NCBI RefSeq assembly: GCF_036321535.1
Contig: NC_087436.1
Span: forward strand, 31,870,001 to 31,934,000
DNA: 64,000 nt
Direction: 5' to 3'
Source of the DNA: Camelus dromedarius
Lineage: Eukaryota
Both the position numbers and the translations under genes were made by a program. This document shows, piece after piece, positions 1 through 17,097 of this stretch. A model generated the notes under the pieces. The model did not search any database. It was not told the origin of the DNA and was given only the letters and a program-made list of their open reading frames with translations. Every line of letters begins with the position of its first letter. Position 1 is the stretch's first letter.

Positions 1-528
1 GGGGTGGGGTGGGGAGATTCTGTTGTGAAATTCAGAAAGTAGGGCCCCTGCAGGCATATGAATTGCCCCTTCTGAGAAGACTTTTAGAAAAGAGCCCTCT
101 TTTCCCATTTGATGCAAGAGGACATCAGGCCACATGTTAGCTGCTTTTAGAGCCCTGGTCCAAGTGCTCTGTGCAGGACAAAACCTATACAATCAAGGTT
201 GTGACCATCACTGCATGGCTGCCTTGCAATTTATCAGTCCTTTGGTTGTCCCACCCTGAAAGGGGCATTTATCCAGGTCATGTCTAAGCCACCCAGCAAT
301 GACCTTTCTAGATAGCCCGACTGTGTAGGAATTCTGAGGCATAAGCAGCAATCTGAGCACATAGTTTGGAATTAGTGGAGGAAGGGACAGGGAGAGAAGG
401 CAATAAAAAGGCTTATCTCAAGATCTAAAAAAAAACAACAACAACAAAACAGTCAAAAATTTTTTAAAAAATAAGGAGCTGCAGTAAACAGAGCTGGAGA
501 AACTATAACAAATAAAAGTATGGAAAAT

Positions 529-780
529 CATATTTACTAAGTGCCTGTCACATGTCAGGTACTGTTAGATGCTTTGTTTTCATCAATATTACCTCTTAAT
601 CATCAGGAAACCCTTTACATTAGATATTTCCTTCTTTCTCCGAATAGATAAAGAATCTCAGGCTATAAGAAGGTATGCCAATTGCTCAAGGGCCAATGGC
701 TAGTAAGTGGTAGACTCAGTTCCCCAATATTAAAACTCTTAATGACCAGGTCTTTCAGTTCTCACACACTGACGCTGCCT
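529..780 (-). mobile_element. MIR SINE
   Basis: Matches the reverse MIR consensus (tactaagtgcc...tgtcaggtactg...gctagtaagtgg). Confidence 0.7.
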
Positions 781-818
781 ATCACCAAATCTGATACAGG
801 AGATCTGGGTCTGGATGT

Positions 819-1588
819 TGTGGCAGAGTCTAATGGCTGCCTTCCAATTTTATAGATTCTCCGCTTTTTTTTTTTTTAGAAGCAGGACTGGGTTTAGGTG
901 AGCACATGGCCAACCAGCTAACAGACTACATTTCCCAGCTTCCCTTGCACATAGACCTACATGACTGCATTCTAGCCAGTTAGATGGAAGTAGTCGTGCC
1001 AAGTGGAACTCTGGAGGCCACACAACTTCTTTGTCCCTTTTCCTTCTTAGTGTTACCTAGAATGCGGATATCATCTTGAGCCATGATGTTACTTTGGGAA
1101 TAAAATTTAAATATGGCAGAACAAAAAGATAGAAGCAGCTTGGGTCCCTGACATAGACTATTCAGCCTCAGACTTCCTTTTTTATGAAAGAAATAAGTTA
1201 TCTAGTTTAAAACACTGTACGCCCGCCTCGGAGATATTGCAGGTGCGGCTCCAGACCACTACCACAAAGTGAGTGCAGCAGCAGGACAAGCCACGAGAAC
1301 TTTTTGGTTTGCTAGCGCATGTAAAAGTTATGTTTACACTATGCTGTAGTCTATTAAATGTACAATGGCATTACAATGTACATACCTTAATTTACAAATA
1401 TGTTAATTGCTAAAAACTGCTAACCATCATCTCACAGGGCAGAGTTGCCACAAACCTTCAGTTTGTTTAAAAAAAAAAAAAAGACCCAATTATCTGCAAA
1501 GCACAGTAAGACAAAGCACAACAAAACGAGGTATGCCTGTACTTGAGGTCTTTCTTACTTGCACATGAACCTAATCCTGTCTGATATA
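819..1588 (+). mobile_element. MaLR LTR (MLT1I/J-like), interrupted by a Tigger1 derivative
   Basis: tgtggcag start, actacatttcccagc motif, end aacctaatcctgtctgatata. Confidence 0.65.
1220..1539. mobile_element. Internally deleted Tigger1-derived DNA transposon
   Basis: Both Tigger1 ends (cctcggagatattgc... and ...aaaacgaggtatgcctg) flanked by TA at 1218-1219 and 1540-1541. Confidence 0.85.
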
Positions 1589-2439
1589 ATGTAGGATCTG
1601 CCACCTATAGACCCAAATACTGACTTCTTTTCTCCCTTCTACTTCAATATTCTCTGGTTCCACCTTTTTACTCCTCAAGCCAGTGTTTTACCAGGTATAT
1701 TACTGCTTTTATCTGACACAGAGCTTTAGTTAGGACACTCTGGTCCATACTAATAGGTTTCCCTGATTTTAAATTTTAGTTAAGAGAGCTCAGTTACCTC
1801 CCTAGGAAAATTCTCTAAGGATTATTTCCTTATCTCTTTCAGCAAAATTCTCTGCTTATCAAGGGTTAAGACCTACCTGCCTTTGACAGGTCCTCCAAAT
1901 TTTCACCACATCCTTCCCCCAGAAAATGTTATTCATCCTAACTTGCAGAACTAAGGGACATCAGTCACCTGCATGCTCCCTAAGGAAAGCCTGTCTGTTC
2001 CTAGATGTTCTTCTACCCAGTCAGAGAAACAAGGGGGTCTCCTTCTAGTTTCCAGACACACCAGTTTCATGAACAGGAATGGCATGTACATTTGTGTAAG
2101 CTGTGCACTGTATAAGGACATTTGCCCAGAGGAAAGGGCACAGTATTCTAATAAAGCACAAAGGAGCTATCTGATGGCCAAGCTATTGCCTACAGGGCTA
2201 CATCTGCCCAGGCACTGTATGAGATAGTTGTGCGCCACTTGTTTGTGACAAGACTTTAACCTCTATTAGTCTTAGTTTTCTCATCCATAAATGTAGATAA
2301 ATTTCCAGGACCTATGTTTTCTCCTCTATAAAGTGAAGCAAATACCTTAGGTAAGGTAGAATAGATAGGTTTTAAAGTTTTCCACAAAGCCTAAGAAATC
2401 CTGCCCTATTTTCTCTTTATGGAGACTCTGTGACCTATG

Positions 2440-2680
2440 TGACTCAACCCCAAATAGTCAGTCCAGAGTCATTCCCTATTACATCACCTTGTTTTATTGT
2501 CTTTATTATCTGAAAGACAATATTTTACTTGTTCACTGTCTCCTTCTCATCCCCCACTGAGCCCATCTCATGAGCTACATGAGAGCATGTCTGTCTTGTA
2601 TGTTGCTATATCCCCCATCATCCAAGAGTTCCTGGCACATAGTAGGTTTTTAATAAATACTGGTTGACAAATGAATGGAC
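2440..2680 (+). mobile_element. L2 3' end
   Basis: cctggcacatagtagg...aataaata...aatgaatg terminus. Confidence 0.7.
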
Positions 2681-4217
2681 AATTTTGATAGTAATGTGAA
2701 TTTTTTTTAAATTCCAAAATCACTATTACTAGTAGAAATATACGGCTTTGATAACTCACCTATTTCTCTCATCAAAAGCCTGGCTTTTCTTTAAGCCATT
2801 TATCACTTTTACTATTGAGACTTTTAAAGTTTAGAAGGTAAGAAGATGGGGAAGACTAAATAAAGACTGGAGTGCCAGCCTGTAAATGAAGAAGCCAGTG
2901 GTGGTTTCTTTGCGTTTATGCTATCCCTGAGTTGAAGACGGCAGGTAGGTTATTTTATCCATTCAGAAACATCATTTTAAATACACATCTGGGAGGTCAT
3001 CAGTTCAGGCTTTTTGCCATAGTAAGAAGAAATCCACCAAAGAATCACCAAGAGACTGCCGCCTTGCTCTGAATGCAGAGTGGAAGCACACAGGTGACCG
3101 GTGAGCCTTTATTTGCTTTGTGTGGGGAATCCCCAAAAGGCATTCCTCATTTCAAGAAAGGTCAGGTTTTCCACACTCGCTATAACCTCTCTCAAGAAGT
3201 CAGGCCAATCAGAAACTCCTCTCTTCCAAAAGAGCTGTGTTCTTTTCACTGGCTTCACATTTCAGGATTCTTGCCAGCTCGCTACTGGTGGCATAGTCAG
3301 GGTTTGTATTTGGTTTTTTCCTCACAGCTACGGCCATCCCTCTTTAAAAATAAAGAATAAGAGGTAGAAAGGAAAAAGGAGGAATAAGAGGGGAATGTCT
3401 GGTCATGACTGCTGCTGCTGAGAAGTATTAAAATGCAAATGACATTACCCTAGTCATAAACAGAATAGAGATGCGCAAGCAGCATTTTCAGGGTGTGATA
3501 TGTGTCCTTAGAAGTAAGAAGGAGGGAAAATGAAGTGATAGAAAACAGACCAAGAGGGAAAAAGCATAGGATGAAAATAAGCAGCAGACGAGAATCCCTT
3601 CTGATCACTTAGAGAACTTGTTAAATGGCATTAAAAAAGAGAAATAGTCCAATACAACTTCATCTCTTCAGTATCTTGAATCCTTAGTTTAAAAAAGTGT
3701 ACTGAATATAGTAGTAAAGGTGTTTCTTCTTTTAAATAAAGATGCTTCAGTTTCCTATATGAATTGTTGTTAATCAAGTGGATTTTTGAAAGATAATGTT
3801 TTGCCATTTGATCATTTTATAAAATGTAATAGAACTTCAATATCAGAAAAGTAACTTCTTGATAAGATAAGGAACACATATAATATGTCCTTAAGTGAAA
3901 TATTTAAAAATACATTCAGATGGATATGTAGATATCAGAAAGAGAGAGTCATAGTTCCAAATAGAGAAGACAAATTAGCAAATTCATGAATAAAGTTTGG
4001 TTCATAGTTTCATCTTAGGAAAACAATTTGTTTGCCTAAGTAAGATCCTGGAACTTGATTAGCAAATCAGTATATAAAGACATTATTTAAGCTTTGGTTC
4101 CTGGTTTTAAAAAACTGCTATATAGTCTTTGAAAGTGATATCATTCACTATTGCTTATTAATGATAGAATGGGAAGACAAAGACAACTCAAAAATGGGTA
4201 GAACTTAACGTCTGTGA

Positions 4218-4475
4218 TACTGTGGTAAGATATCCCAATGATAGATTAAAATGAGATTAGGCTTTGAAATCAGGTAGACCTAGGTTACATCATGACCCTA
4301 CCACTTGCCCACAAGGTCTTTAATAAACTATTTAAATTCTGAGCTTTGGCTTCACCAGCTTTAAAATAGGGAGATTATTACAGACCTCTCAGGGTTGTTG
4401 TCAAAATCAATACAGTGTATTTGAAAGCATCTTGGTCTCTGCTGGGCACACAAGGACTCAAGAAATATTAGTTTT
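4218..4475 (+). mobile_element. MIR SINE
   Basis: Similar to the MIR core (ccacttg...aaaatagggagattatta...agggttgttg). Confidence 0.6.
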
Positions 4476-5355
4476 CTCAGCTGAGGAAATGAGGCCATGT
4501 TAAATTCCTGCATGCAAAATACTCTAATTTAAAATATTACAACCTTTAAGATTTTTTTGAAATAAACCTGAATAAAAGGTATCCACAAGGGAAAAAAAAA
4601 TTAAGACTCAATTTACCATGGGATACATACTTATAAGGAGGATTATAAGTCTTTTGAAGTCATCAAAAGACAGATACTGAATTTAAATATTTCCTTTTGA
4701 AGCCCAAAATGTTTTAGAAAATTTATAGGCCATGGTATCATGATATTAGGATCCACAGTATCATGGATCCTGAAAACTACCAGAATTGCTATACTGGTTT
4801 CAATTTTCTCAGTTTATAAACTCAGAATAGGGAGGTTTGGCAGGGATCAAATGGAACTGTGCGATTGGCTTCTGACTCACCAAGCTCCTCTCTCTAAAAT
4901 GACTGCTATTTCATGAATTTAAACAAGTGCCACAAGTGCTCATTTCTATGTGTGACATTTTTGATAAGCTTCCAGGTTTTAAACTGTTAAGGGAGCCAGA
5001 TTACAAGCCATTTTGCTTAGTGTGAACAATGAACTAGCTCCAATATAGCCCCTCTCAAGATTTTCAGTTAAGTTCCTGAAATATTAGTCAATTACTTTAG
5101 TATACACAACCAGTTAAACACTTTCCAACATATAAGGGAAATACAATGGATAGACTTGAGTGTTTTGTGACAGTAAGATCTTTAGAGGTATCCAAGACTG
5201 ACTGGAACCCCCTAGAAGCTCCAAGCAATAAAAAAATTATGGTGTACTATCTCATAGGTAATTCAAAATAAAAATGATTCCAAATCATATAATAAGAATA
5301 GGGAGCATCAACAAAGATTTTTTCTTTTTTTTTTTTAAAGAACTGGCAGATGTAA

Positions 5356-5386
<31 letters not shown>

Positions 5387-5444
5387 GAAAAAAAAACACT
5401 TTTATTCCTCTGTTTCTCTTGCTTTGCTGATTAATGCATGAAGT

Positions 5445-5989
5445 TGTCAATTGCAAACTCCCCAGGTAGCCACCAGAATAATCTGTTGATCAAGCATGGC
5501 TAAGCTTGTTAAACTTACTGCAGTGAGGGAGAACACCACCTTGACAGAGTCCTAGGAATATCTCAGAAGGGTAGGTCAGAGACAGAAATGCATATGGTTG
5601 AGGGTATGGGTCTTTTAAAGCGGGACTCAGGTTATGACTAGGAAAAGTTTATGATGTAGTAGTTTGGGATGGACTGGACACAGCTAAGAGAGGGTCTTGA
5701 AGCAAGTCTTGATAAATAAACAAATTGTTTGATAAGAGAACCATTTGCCCAGGTAGTTAATCTATTACCCTGAGAACAAGGCCATTTGCTCTGATGAGCA
5801 ATTCATTGTTCAAATAAATTGGTTTTGGGGAATTTCCTGATGCAAACAATGAAATTATTTATTGCTCTACAAGTTTATCTTCCTGGGCAAGAATTTCCTA
5901 GAACAAATAGTAAGTCATGTTGCCACAGGTGGTCTTAGTTCTCAGTCCTGATAGTTAAGCTATGTGGATACAAGTGGAATCAGTTCTCA
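5445..5989 (-). mobile_element. ERV solo LTR, family not determined
   Basis: About 545 bp bounded by TG...CA with LTR-like text (gggagaacaccaccttgacagagtc). No TSD recognised. Confidence 0.5.
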
Positions 5990-6625
5990 TCGCCTGATAT
6001 GGAATTCCTGCACTAGTGGAACCTCAGGATTGAATCAGGTGTTGAATTAGGAATAAAAGAGGGAGATATGGGGCCACTAAACAAAGGGATGTGCAAAATA
6101 ATTTCAAGAAGACTTGAATAAAGTTACCTACTTTCTCTAAAGCAGCCAGTTTGAGGGACGTCAAAGTTTGGCCCAAATGGTCCAGACAGATTCGACTTTA
6201 AGGAGTAGAGGCTGAGAGAGAAGATTCAGCTGCAGCTTACATAGACCTGATTAGTCTATTTGACTGTTCTGAGATGCTTGGATCTGATAGTGTGTTCCTT
6301 GACGGCTGGACCTGCCCATTTAATTTTGTATCCCTAACACAGGACACCAAGTCATTAAGCGTTCCATGTATGACCGCTAAAATGAATGAGGTTCTACTAA
6401 AAGTTGTAGATTTGTCTCTGAATGGGGAGCTAAAAGACATGTAGATGCAGGTTTGCTTCGTTGGTAACAAGCTCATCCATGTTTAAGAAGCTGAGCTTTA
6501 ACTAATTCAAAAAGATAAATGCACCCCAATGTACACAGCAGCACTAGTTACAATAGCCAAGACATGGAAACAACTTAAATGTCCATCAACAGATGACTGG
6601 ATAAAGAAAAGAAGTGTAGTATATA

Positions 6626-6930
6626 CAAAACAGAAACAGACTCATAGACATGGAATACAAACTTGTGGTTGCCAGTGGGGAGGGGGGCGGGAAGGGACAG
6701 ACTGGGAGTTCGAAATTTGTAGATACTGACAGGTATATATAGAACAGATAAACAAGATTATACTGTATAGCACAGGGACATATACACAAGATCTTGTGGT
6801 AGCTCACGGTGAAAAAGTATGTGACAATGAATATATGTATGTTCATGTATAACTCAAAAGTTGTGCTCTACACTGGAATTTGACACAACATTGTAAAATG
6901 ACTATAACTCAATAAAATAAAAAAATTTTT
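6626..6930 (+). mobile_element. Nested L1 3' UTR fragment (subfamily close to the 10.5-13.4 kb L1)
   Basis: Complete 3' end with AATAAA/A-tail inside the older L1. Flanks aaaagaagt(gt)a.tatata are duplicated. Confidence 0.8.
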
Positions 6931-6938
6931 AAAAGAAG

Positions 6939-6947
6939 TAATATATA

Positions 6948-6991
<44 letters not shown>
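6939..6991. repeat. (TA)n microsatellite
   Basis: Direct observation. Confidence 0.9.
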
Positions 6992-6995
<4 letters not shown>

Positions 6996-7579
6996 ACTAC
7001 TCAGTCATAAAAAAGAATAAAATAATATCATTTCCAGCAACATGGATAAAACTAGAGATTGTCATATTAAGTGAAGTAAGCCAGAAAGAGAAAGAAAAAT
7101 GCCATATGATATTACCTATATGTGGAATCTTAAAAAAAAAATTACACAAATGAACTTATTTACAAAATAGAGACTCAAAGACATAGAAAACAAACTTACA
7201 ATTACCAGGGGGAAAAGGGATGGGAAGGGATAAATTGGGAGTTTGAGATTTACAGATACTAACTACTGTATATAAAATAGATAAACAACAAGTTTCTACT
7301 GTATAGCACAGGGAACTGTATTCAATATCTTGTAGTAACCTATAATGAAAAAGAATATGAAAAGGAATACATATATGTATATACACAACTGAAACATTAT
7401 GCTGTACACCAGAAATTGACACAACATTGTAAACTGACTATACTTCAACTAAAGAAAAAAAAAAAAAGAACCTGAATTTTAACCACAGTGAGAATCTTGG
7501 ACTAAGAAAAGACCGTGAAGATGCTTAAAGGACACAGAACAGATGAGGTAAAGGAAAGAGCAGGGAAGAGGAGACACCT

Positions 7580-7830
7580 GATAATTAAAAATAGGTTGTA
7601 TTTACAGAGTGCCTATTAATGTACAAAGTGTTTTCATTTATGTTATTTTATTTGATCTTCACAACATTCTTATAAGGAAAGTAGAGCAGGAATTATTATC
7701 ACCATTTTATGGATGAGAAAGTTGCAGCTCAGACATGGTGAGAGTGTCTTGTCCAAGGTCACGACACTGTAAAATTGCCGACGTGATTCTTGGGCCTAAA
7801 TCTTCTGAAGCGTTTTGCAACTGCTCAAAA
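7580..7830 (-). mobile_element. MIR SINE
   Basis: ccattttatggatgagaaa...gtccaaggtcac. Confidence 0.7.
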
Positions 7831-8486
7831 TTGGAAGCAAAACTAAAACTGTGAGAAGAGTGAGAGAAGTGTTTCTCTCTACTCCTCCAACCATAAGGTC
7901 CAAGGATTGCCGAGTTGTAAGTTCTGTAAATAGACAAGAGTATGCTATGAACTGTAACTGAATGGGAACTGTCAATGGAGTTGTCGGACCTGATACACTC
8001 TGCCTGGGTCCCTCAAACACAGCCTCTGAGCCACCAGACGTCTACAACTGCCATCACAGATTACTGTTTTTGTGCCAAAGTCCTGCCTGGCCACGTGCTT
8101 CCACAGGCAGCAAAATTTCAATATCCCTGTCTGGCTGGGCTTAAGTTTTTGGCAAGAATTTCCTCCTCTCTTGTGAACATCTTGGAAAGCTTTTTAACTG
8201 AGCACAAAGATGTTTATTTTGAGAAGCAAAAGGGACTAACTAAATAAGTCCAAAAACAATCTCTACCTCTCCCAACAGATGATTCTTACTTTTAAAAATG
8301 TAAGCTATTTTGCTACTTCCACCATCTAATGGGCAGAGCCCATGGGTGACCCTATCTGGGATGTCTGTAAAGGGACTGGTGATTCTCTCTGTTACTTCAA
8401 GCCTTGGAGAGGGCTTAGGAATCTGAGGTGGGGAAGCATTGAGGGAAGTAGAGAGGGAAAGAAGTGACAGGTCTAGGAGGGGAAGA

Positions 8487-8657
8487 GTAGTTGTATCCAC
8501 AGGGGACTGGTTCCAGGACTATCCCCCTCAACTCCCTCCCTCCACCCCCCCATAGATACCAAAATCCAAGGATGCTCAAGTCTCTTATACAAGATGGTGC
8601 AGTACAGTTAAGCCTCCTTGTGCAGATGAGGAACCATGGATACAGTCAGCCAACTGT
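8487..8657 (+). mobile_element. MER2/Tigger-type short DNA element
   Basis: ggttccagga...gataccaaaatccaaggatgctcaagtc...atggatacagtcagccaactg-TA. Confidence 0.7.
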
Positions 8658-10361
8658 ATTATGAAGCTAGGCAACCAACCATTATGCAGCTGCCCCCCCC
8701 AATTGCCTGCTTACTTCTCAAGTATCTTTTGAAACAGTTTTCACTGGTTTTAGAAGGGATCATATCCAGACATAGAACATAATTTGTTTGGCCCTAAGGA
8801 TAGTGGCAAATATCACATGGGTCAATAATTTTTGAGGGCTGCTGATATACAATCAGGTCATTTTAGAATTATAACATACCTTACAGTCATTGGTCTAGGT
8901 TTCCCATCTGAGAGATAAGGAAACTAAGACCCAGAAAATTAAGTGACTTTTGCAAGGTTCATGATTCAGCAGTAAATCTAGGTGTGTAAGACAAGACTCC
9001 TGACTTCTGTGGTTCTTGCACGGCACTGTGAAAGAGTGATTCTGAAAGCTAACATTTCTTTTTTCTTTTCTTTTTTTAAGGTTTCTCTTCTTTCCACACT
9101 GGATTTCTCACTCTTTTACAATACTGTCAAACTTCGCTTCCAGTGTGAAGGGACCTGACAAAGGAAAGGCTTTCCTTAACTGAAGTTAGAGGTAAAAGGA
9201 CTTTTTCTAAAAGTTGTGCTTAGAGGCCTGGACTTCACACTTCCTCTTGAAGTATCCAATAGAAATATGGTAGTAAGGGCAGGGATGTGATGAAAAGGGG
9301 AGAGAACTGAACTTCCAACAAGTGAGAAGGCAGATCCCTGAGAGCTTGGGGACAAGAGGAAGGACACTGGTTTAGATCAAGATGAGACTTTAATTTCCTC
9401 ATAGTGGAACCTTGCAAAAATTCATGACTAGGTCCTTGAAGTAACTGTTTGCCTGCTATATACAGAGCCCGTTATGAGCCATTAATTACTACAGGAGAGA
9501 ATCACACCACTAACGCCAACAGATGGTGTAAAGTTATAAATCAGTCTGGTCTGGGGAGGTGGAAGATTAATCTGACTTGGATCAATACTCTTTATTCTTC
9601 TAGAACAAACTCAGGCGTAGAGGCCAAGTGGGAGAGGGTGCCTCTGGGATTCCCTTAATGCTCATAAGCTCCTAAACTCTTAGTATTCAGTTTCCCCATT
9701 GCGTGTCTCTCTCCTACAATTTTATACCAAATACCTTAGTGCCTTTGCCATCAAGTCCCATGATTTATAAGTAGGCATTCAGTTTCCTGCCAGTGTTGGA
9801 TGATCTTGATTGCTTTTCAGTCTCTCTAAATTCATTTCATTCTCCCTTTTATGGTCCCAAAGACTCCAAATCCCCCCCTTCTCCCATCACCATAATCACA
9901 GGGCACAATTTCTCCTCTTTCTCTTAAGAGAGAAATAGCCACTGGATTTGATGTTTCTCCTTGCTCCTGAGGGGAGGAAGCGATATCAGTTTGAAAAGGT
10001 CCATGTTAATATTGCTGCTCTAGGCAAAGTATTATTTTGCTTTAGCCAGACTTGCCTTAGTTCCTGGGATTTGTTTTCTGAAGTTAACTCCTGATTTCAG
10101 CTCAGATGCAAAGAAATTCTGACAAGCCAAGAATCAAACCACAAGGCAAAAGATCAAGGTTACCTACCTCTGAGGACTAATAGTTACAGCAGCAAACCTT
10201 CCAAAAAGTGAAAGCAGTAGCAGTAGCAAAGCAAGTCAAGGCTCCAAGATGAGAATGAAGATGAAAAGCAAGCAAAGTCATTAGGGTACTTATCTTTGAT
10301 TCTTCTCTCTGACAGCATTCTCAAAATCTTGAGGATTCTTTTCTTTTCCACTTAACTAAAT

Positions 10362-13646
<3,285 letters not shown>

Positions 13647-14096
13647 TAAATGCAGAAATGTTTCTTGTTTAGCTGTAATGACGTTTCAAGTTTTCCAGGT
13701 AGGAATATTCTTTGTGATTTCTAATAAGTATCAAATTGTTGTAATTCCATCACTTACAGTTTATACCCCTAGGAACTAGTTAGGGCTTTTCCATTCCTCT
13801 AACACTGAAGCTTCAATTTCAAAAACTGTCCTTTCAACGGAAATTCAAGGAGAATAATTCAAATGATGAAACGACAGTGGTTTGGACTTTAAGGACTTTT
13901 TTCCCCCTTTGGATTACACATTTGCACTTTTCTCATGTATGGCTACACAACTCTTAGACATCTCAGAGCAAACTGACAAGCTGTTGTTGAGCAAAGAACT
14001 GGGATATCAATCCCTAGGTCATTTGCTTTTGTGAAGCTGTTCAAAGAGTTCGGGACTTTGTTCAGAGCACAAAATACCAAGACCCATTTTAAGAAA

Positions 14097-14631
14097 TGTG
14101 GTGTTTTTAAAATATGTCCACAAAATCTTCAACACATCTCTTTTCAAAAAGCGGAAACTAATTGCCTCCCCTTGAATGTGGGCGGGACTCAGTGAACCGC
14201 TTCTGATGACTCGAGTGGAGTGGAAGTGATGCTCTGTGGCGTCCAAGACTAAGTCATTAAAAACAGTTGCTTCTGCCTGACTCTCACTCCCTTGGATCAC
14301 TTGTTTGGGGGGAAGCCAGCTTGCCATGTCATGAGAACACTGAAGCACCCCTGAGAGAGGTTTATATGAAGACCACCCTCTAGAACCAAGTCACATTTGT
14401 GAACCATCATGAAAGGGGATCCTCCAGCCCCATCCAGCTTCCAGACAACCACAGCCAGAAGTTAATATCTTAACTTCAGGCTCCTAAGAGACCCCCAAGC
14501 CAGACCCACCCAGCTAAACTCTTCCAGAATTCCCGACCCACAGAAACTGCCAGAGATAATAAATGTTTATTGTTGTTTTAAGCTACTAAGTTTTGGGTAA
14601 ATTTGTTATGCAATAATAGATAACTAATATA
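14097..14631 (+). mobile_element. MaLR LTR (MLT1F-like)
   Basis: tgtggtg...ccccttgaatgtgggc...aataaatgtttattgttgttttaagc...ataactaatata. Confidence 0.8.
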
Positions 14632-15565
14632 GGAAGCAATTAGCAGAGGCTACTGTTCTATTTTTGAAACTCTTGAAATGAAAATAACAATTACTATACA
14701 ATCAGAGAATTATTTTATTCAGCTATTTACATTTTATTCTCATTCATTTGGATCACATAAATCCCACCCAAAATGCTCCTACTTTTCTTTCCATCTGTTC
14801 ACATTTGAAAGGTTGATACGCATTATTTGCATGTGAATACATGGATGTGAATAGAGCAGGAATGCCAAAAAAAAGTTAAGAAAATTGAAAGCCAGACACA
14901 ATTCCCCTATTACTCATTAAATATTTTACACTTTTTATCTCCTTTAAAGTTCTTTTTCTGTCTTGGAGAAATTGCTTCAGTTTTGGATGTGTGTTAGCTC
15001 CAAGGGACTAGCTTAGTTTAGGGCCTCATTACCTCTTGGGTGAATTAGTCTGTAAGTCTTCATCTTTTGCCTTCTGGCAAGATTCTCTTTTGAGGTACAA
15101 ATCTGACTATATCACATTTTCACTGAAAAACTTTCAAAGATTATTCATTATATTCTGGATTGAGGTCAGTCATCAGCAACCCTACCCCACGTGTGGTCTG
15201 TAAAGCATATACAAGTACGACACATCCTCTTCCTTAATGTTCTGTGCTACACCATAAGGTCTTCCATTTCCTAAGGGGTGAGAGTCAACTGACAGTTTGA
15301 GGTTAGTAATACCTGTTTTCCTTGGTGATAAGGCTTACTGGAATCTTTTGGATTTGTTGCTATTCTCTATGTAACACAAGACTGTGTATTCTCTCCTGTC
15401 CCTCTGACAATCTTCATAATGGGCTTGAGGTCCTAACTCATTTGTTTTTTCAAGAAGAGAATTTCAAAAGCAAAGGCAAATCCCTCTTTAGTCATGTTGG
15501 CTGTTAGTATAATCCACCTGAAATGGTGGATAGGAATTGATGACCAGCATCTTTCTGTAAAAGAA

Positions 15566-16065
15566 CATAGGGGAGGAAAAATGTCTTTTTCTTTCTACTC
15601 TTCTAGGTTCTCGACTGGGACTTTGTAACAAAAGACATATTTTTTTTTTTAAAAAGCATACACATTTATTTAAGTTTTACATGACACAGGAGGCTTCATA
15701 TGGAAATGAAGACTTGAAGAATAGGTTAAACCTGAACATTGTACACTAGGTTTGATAAAGAGTAGAAAGTTATGGAAAAATGTGACAGGACAAAGGGTAT
15801 AAGCTATGGGTGGTAAATGAGGGTACATTTAGCAAAGCCTGTTTGTTCAGATACCTTCAAGTGTCCCCCTGTCTTTGGAGATAAGGATGCTCCTTTCCTC
15901 TGGGTATGGAGAGGGCACCCCTCACATGAGGGTCTTATGTCCTGCTTCAAGGAAAAGGTCAAGGAGTCCTTTGAAACACCTGCTGTTTCTCAAATTCCTT
16001 CAGCTTAAAATATTAAATATGCCCAGGTGCCATACTTTGGGGGAGCATGTTCCAAACTTCATTAC
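15566..16065 (-). mobile_element. ERV1 LTR (MER31/MER67-like)
   Basis: ctcaaattccttcagcttaaaatattaaatatgcccaggtgccatactttgggg resembles the MER31 end. Confidence 0.6.
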
Positions 16066-16607
16066 CAACAAACCATGGAATCTGTAAGCCTAGAGTCATG
16101 TTGAAATCATAAGGGACCAATAGCTAATCATTTTCCAGCATTTTATTAACTGGGTGTGATCTTTGGTAATCTTCTGCACTTGTGCCAGTTGCTAAATTTT
16201 TACTTTAAATTCCAAACCCAGGTTTTGATATTCTGCTCTGAATTTCTGGTTTGCCAGTGCCTCCACGTTAGATTCTGCCAATAGCAGGTGCTGAGGGAGA
16301 CTACAAAGGCCAGAGGAGGAAGAAGGGACTTGCTTCTTCCTGTTTGCTCTTTGCTTCCTGTTGGCTTCCTGTCTGCCTGTGGTCCTGTCCAGCAACACTT
16401 CTTCATTTCCAAAGCAGCAGTTCCCTCCCCTAGTAGCAGGTGAATCCACTTTGTAGTTTTCTAATAGCTGTAGAACCAGTTTTATGTCCACCCAGCTGGT
16501 GGAGACCCTTTCTTAGATGTCTGAGTTTCACCTTCTCAAGATCTTCTTTTAAGTTTTGAAGTTTTAATAATTCGAACCTCTAGCCTTTCTTCTCCTAGCC
16601 CCAAGAA

Positions 16608-17097
16608 TGTGTGGCAGCCAAAGAATGCCCCTCATAGGGAGTATAATTAGGGATGAGAGACTTCACAATTAAAATATAGGATGGATGCCAGTTAAATTTG
16701 AACAACAAATCACTTTTTAATGTAAGTATAACCTATACAGTATTTGGGATATACTTATACTAAAATTTTCATTGTTTACCTGAAATTCAAATGTAATTGG
16801 ATGTCCTATATTTTATCTGACAAACCTGAACTTAATTGACCATACTGACTGAGCACGCCAGAAAACTGGGCCTGTTTCCTGGGAGACACCTCTGACTGGC
16901 CTCTTTGGCTCAATAACTTTCCTATGGCTTTGCAGAAACTTCCTCAGATTTTATGACCCTTTCTCCTTCACCCTAGTTACATTTGCATCTCAGCCTTCCC
17001 TGCTCCCTCTGGGTTTCCTTTACACAGGCATCTCCTCTAATAAAAACCTTGCAGGTTCATTCCTGTCTCAGTATCTACCACGCGGTAGGCTAACACA
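16608..17097 (+). mobile_element. LTR16-like ERVL LTR nested in LTR33
   Basis: tgtgtggcagcc start; end acaggcatctcctctaataaaaaccttgca...ctaacaca. Confidence 0.65.
16649..16827. mobile_element. MER53 palindromic hAT MITE
   Basis: ccagttaaatttgaa...tgggatatacttatactaaa...ctgaaattcaaatgtaattggatgtcctatattttatctgacaaacct. Confidence 0.8.

Larger units (their letters stand above)
6503..7465 (+). mobile_element. 5'-truncated L1 (ORF2 end + 3' UTR) with a nested second L1
   Basis: ORF2 C-terminus (TAALVTIAKTWKQLKCPSTDDWIKK), poly(A), TSD aagaagctgagctttaac (6485-6502) / aagaacctgaattttaac (7466-7483). Confidence 0.9.

Noticed and set aside
5317..5397. Poly(T)...poly(A) inverted arrangement as a hairpin or terminator
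   Set aside because: Low-complexity tracts only, with no supporting element.
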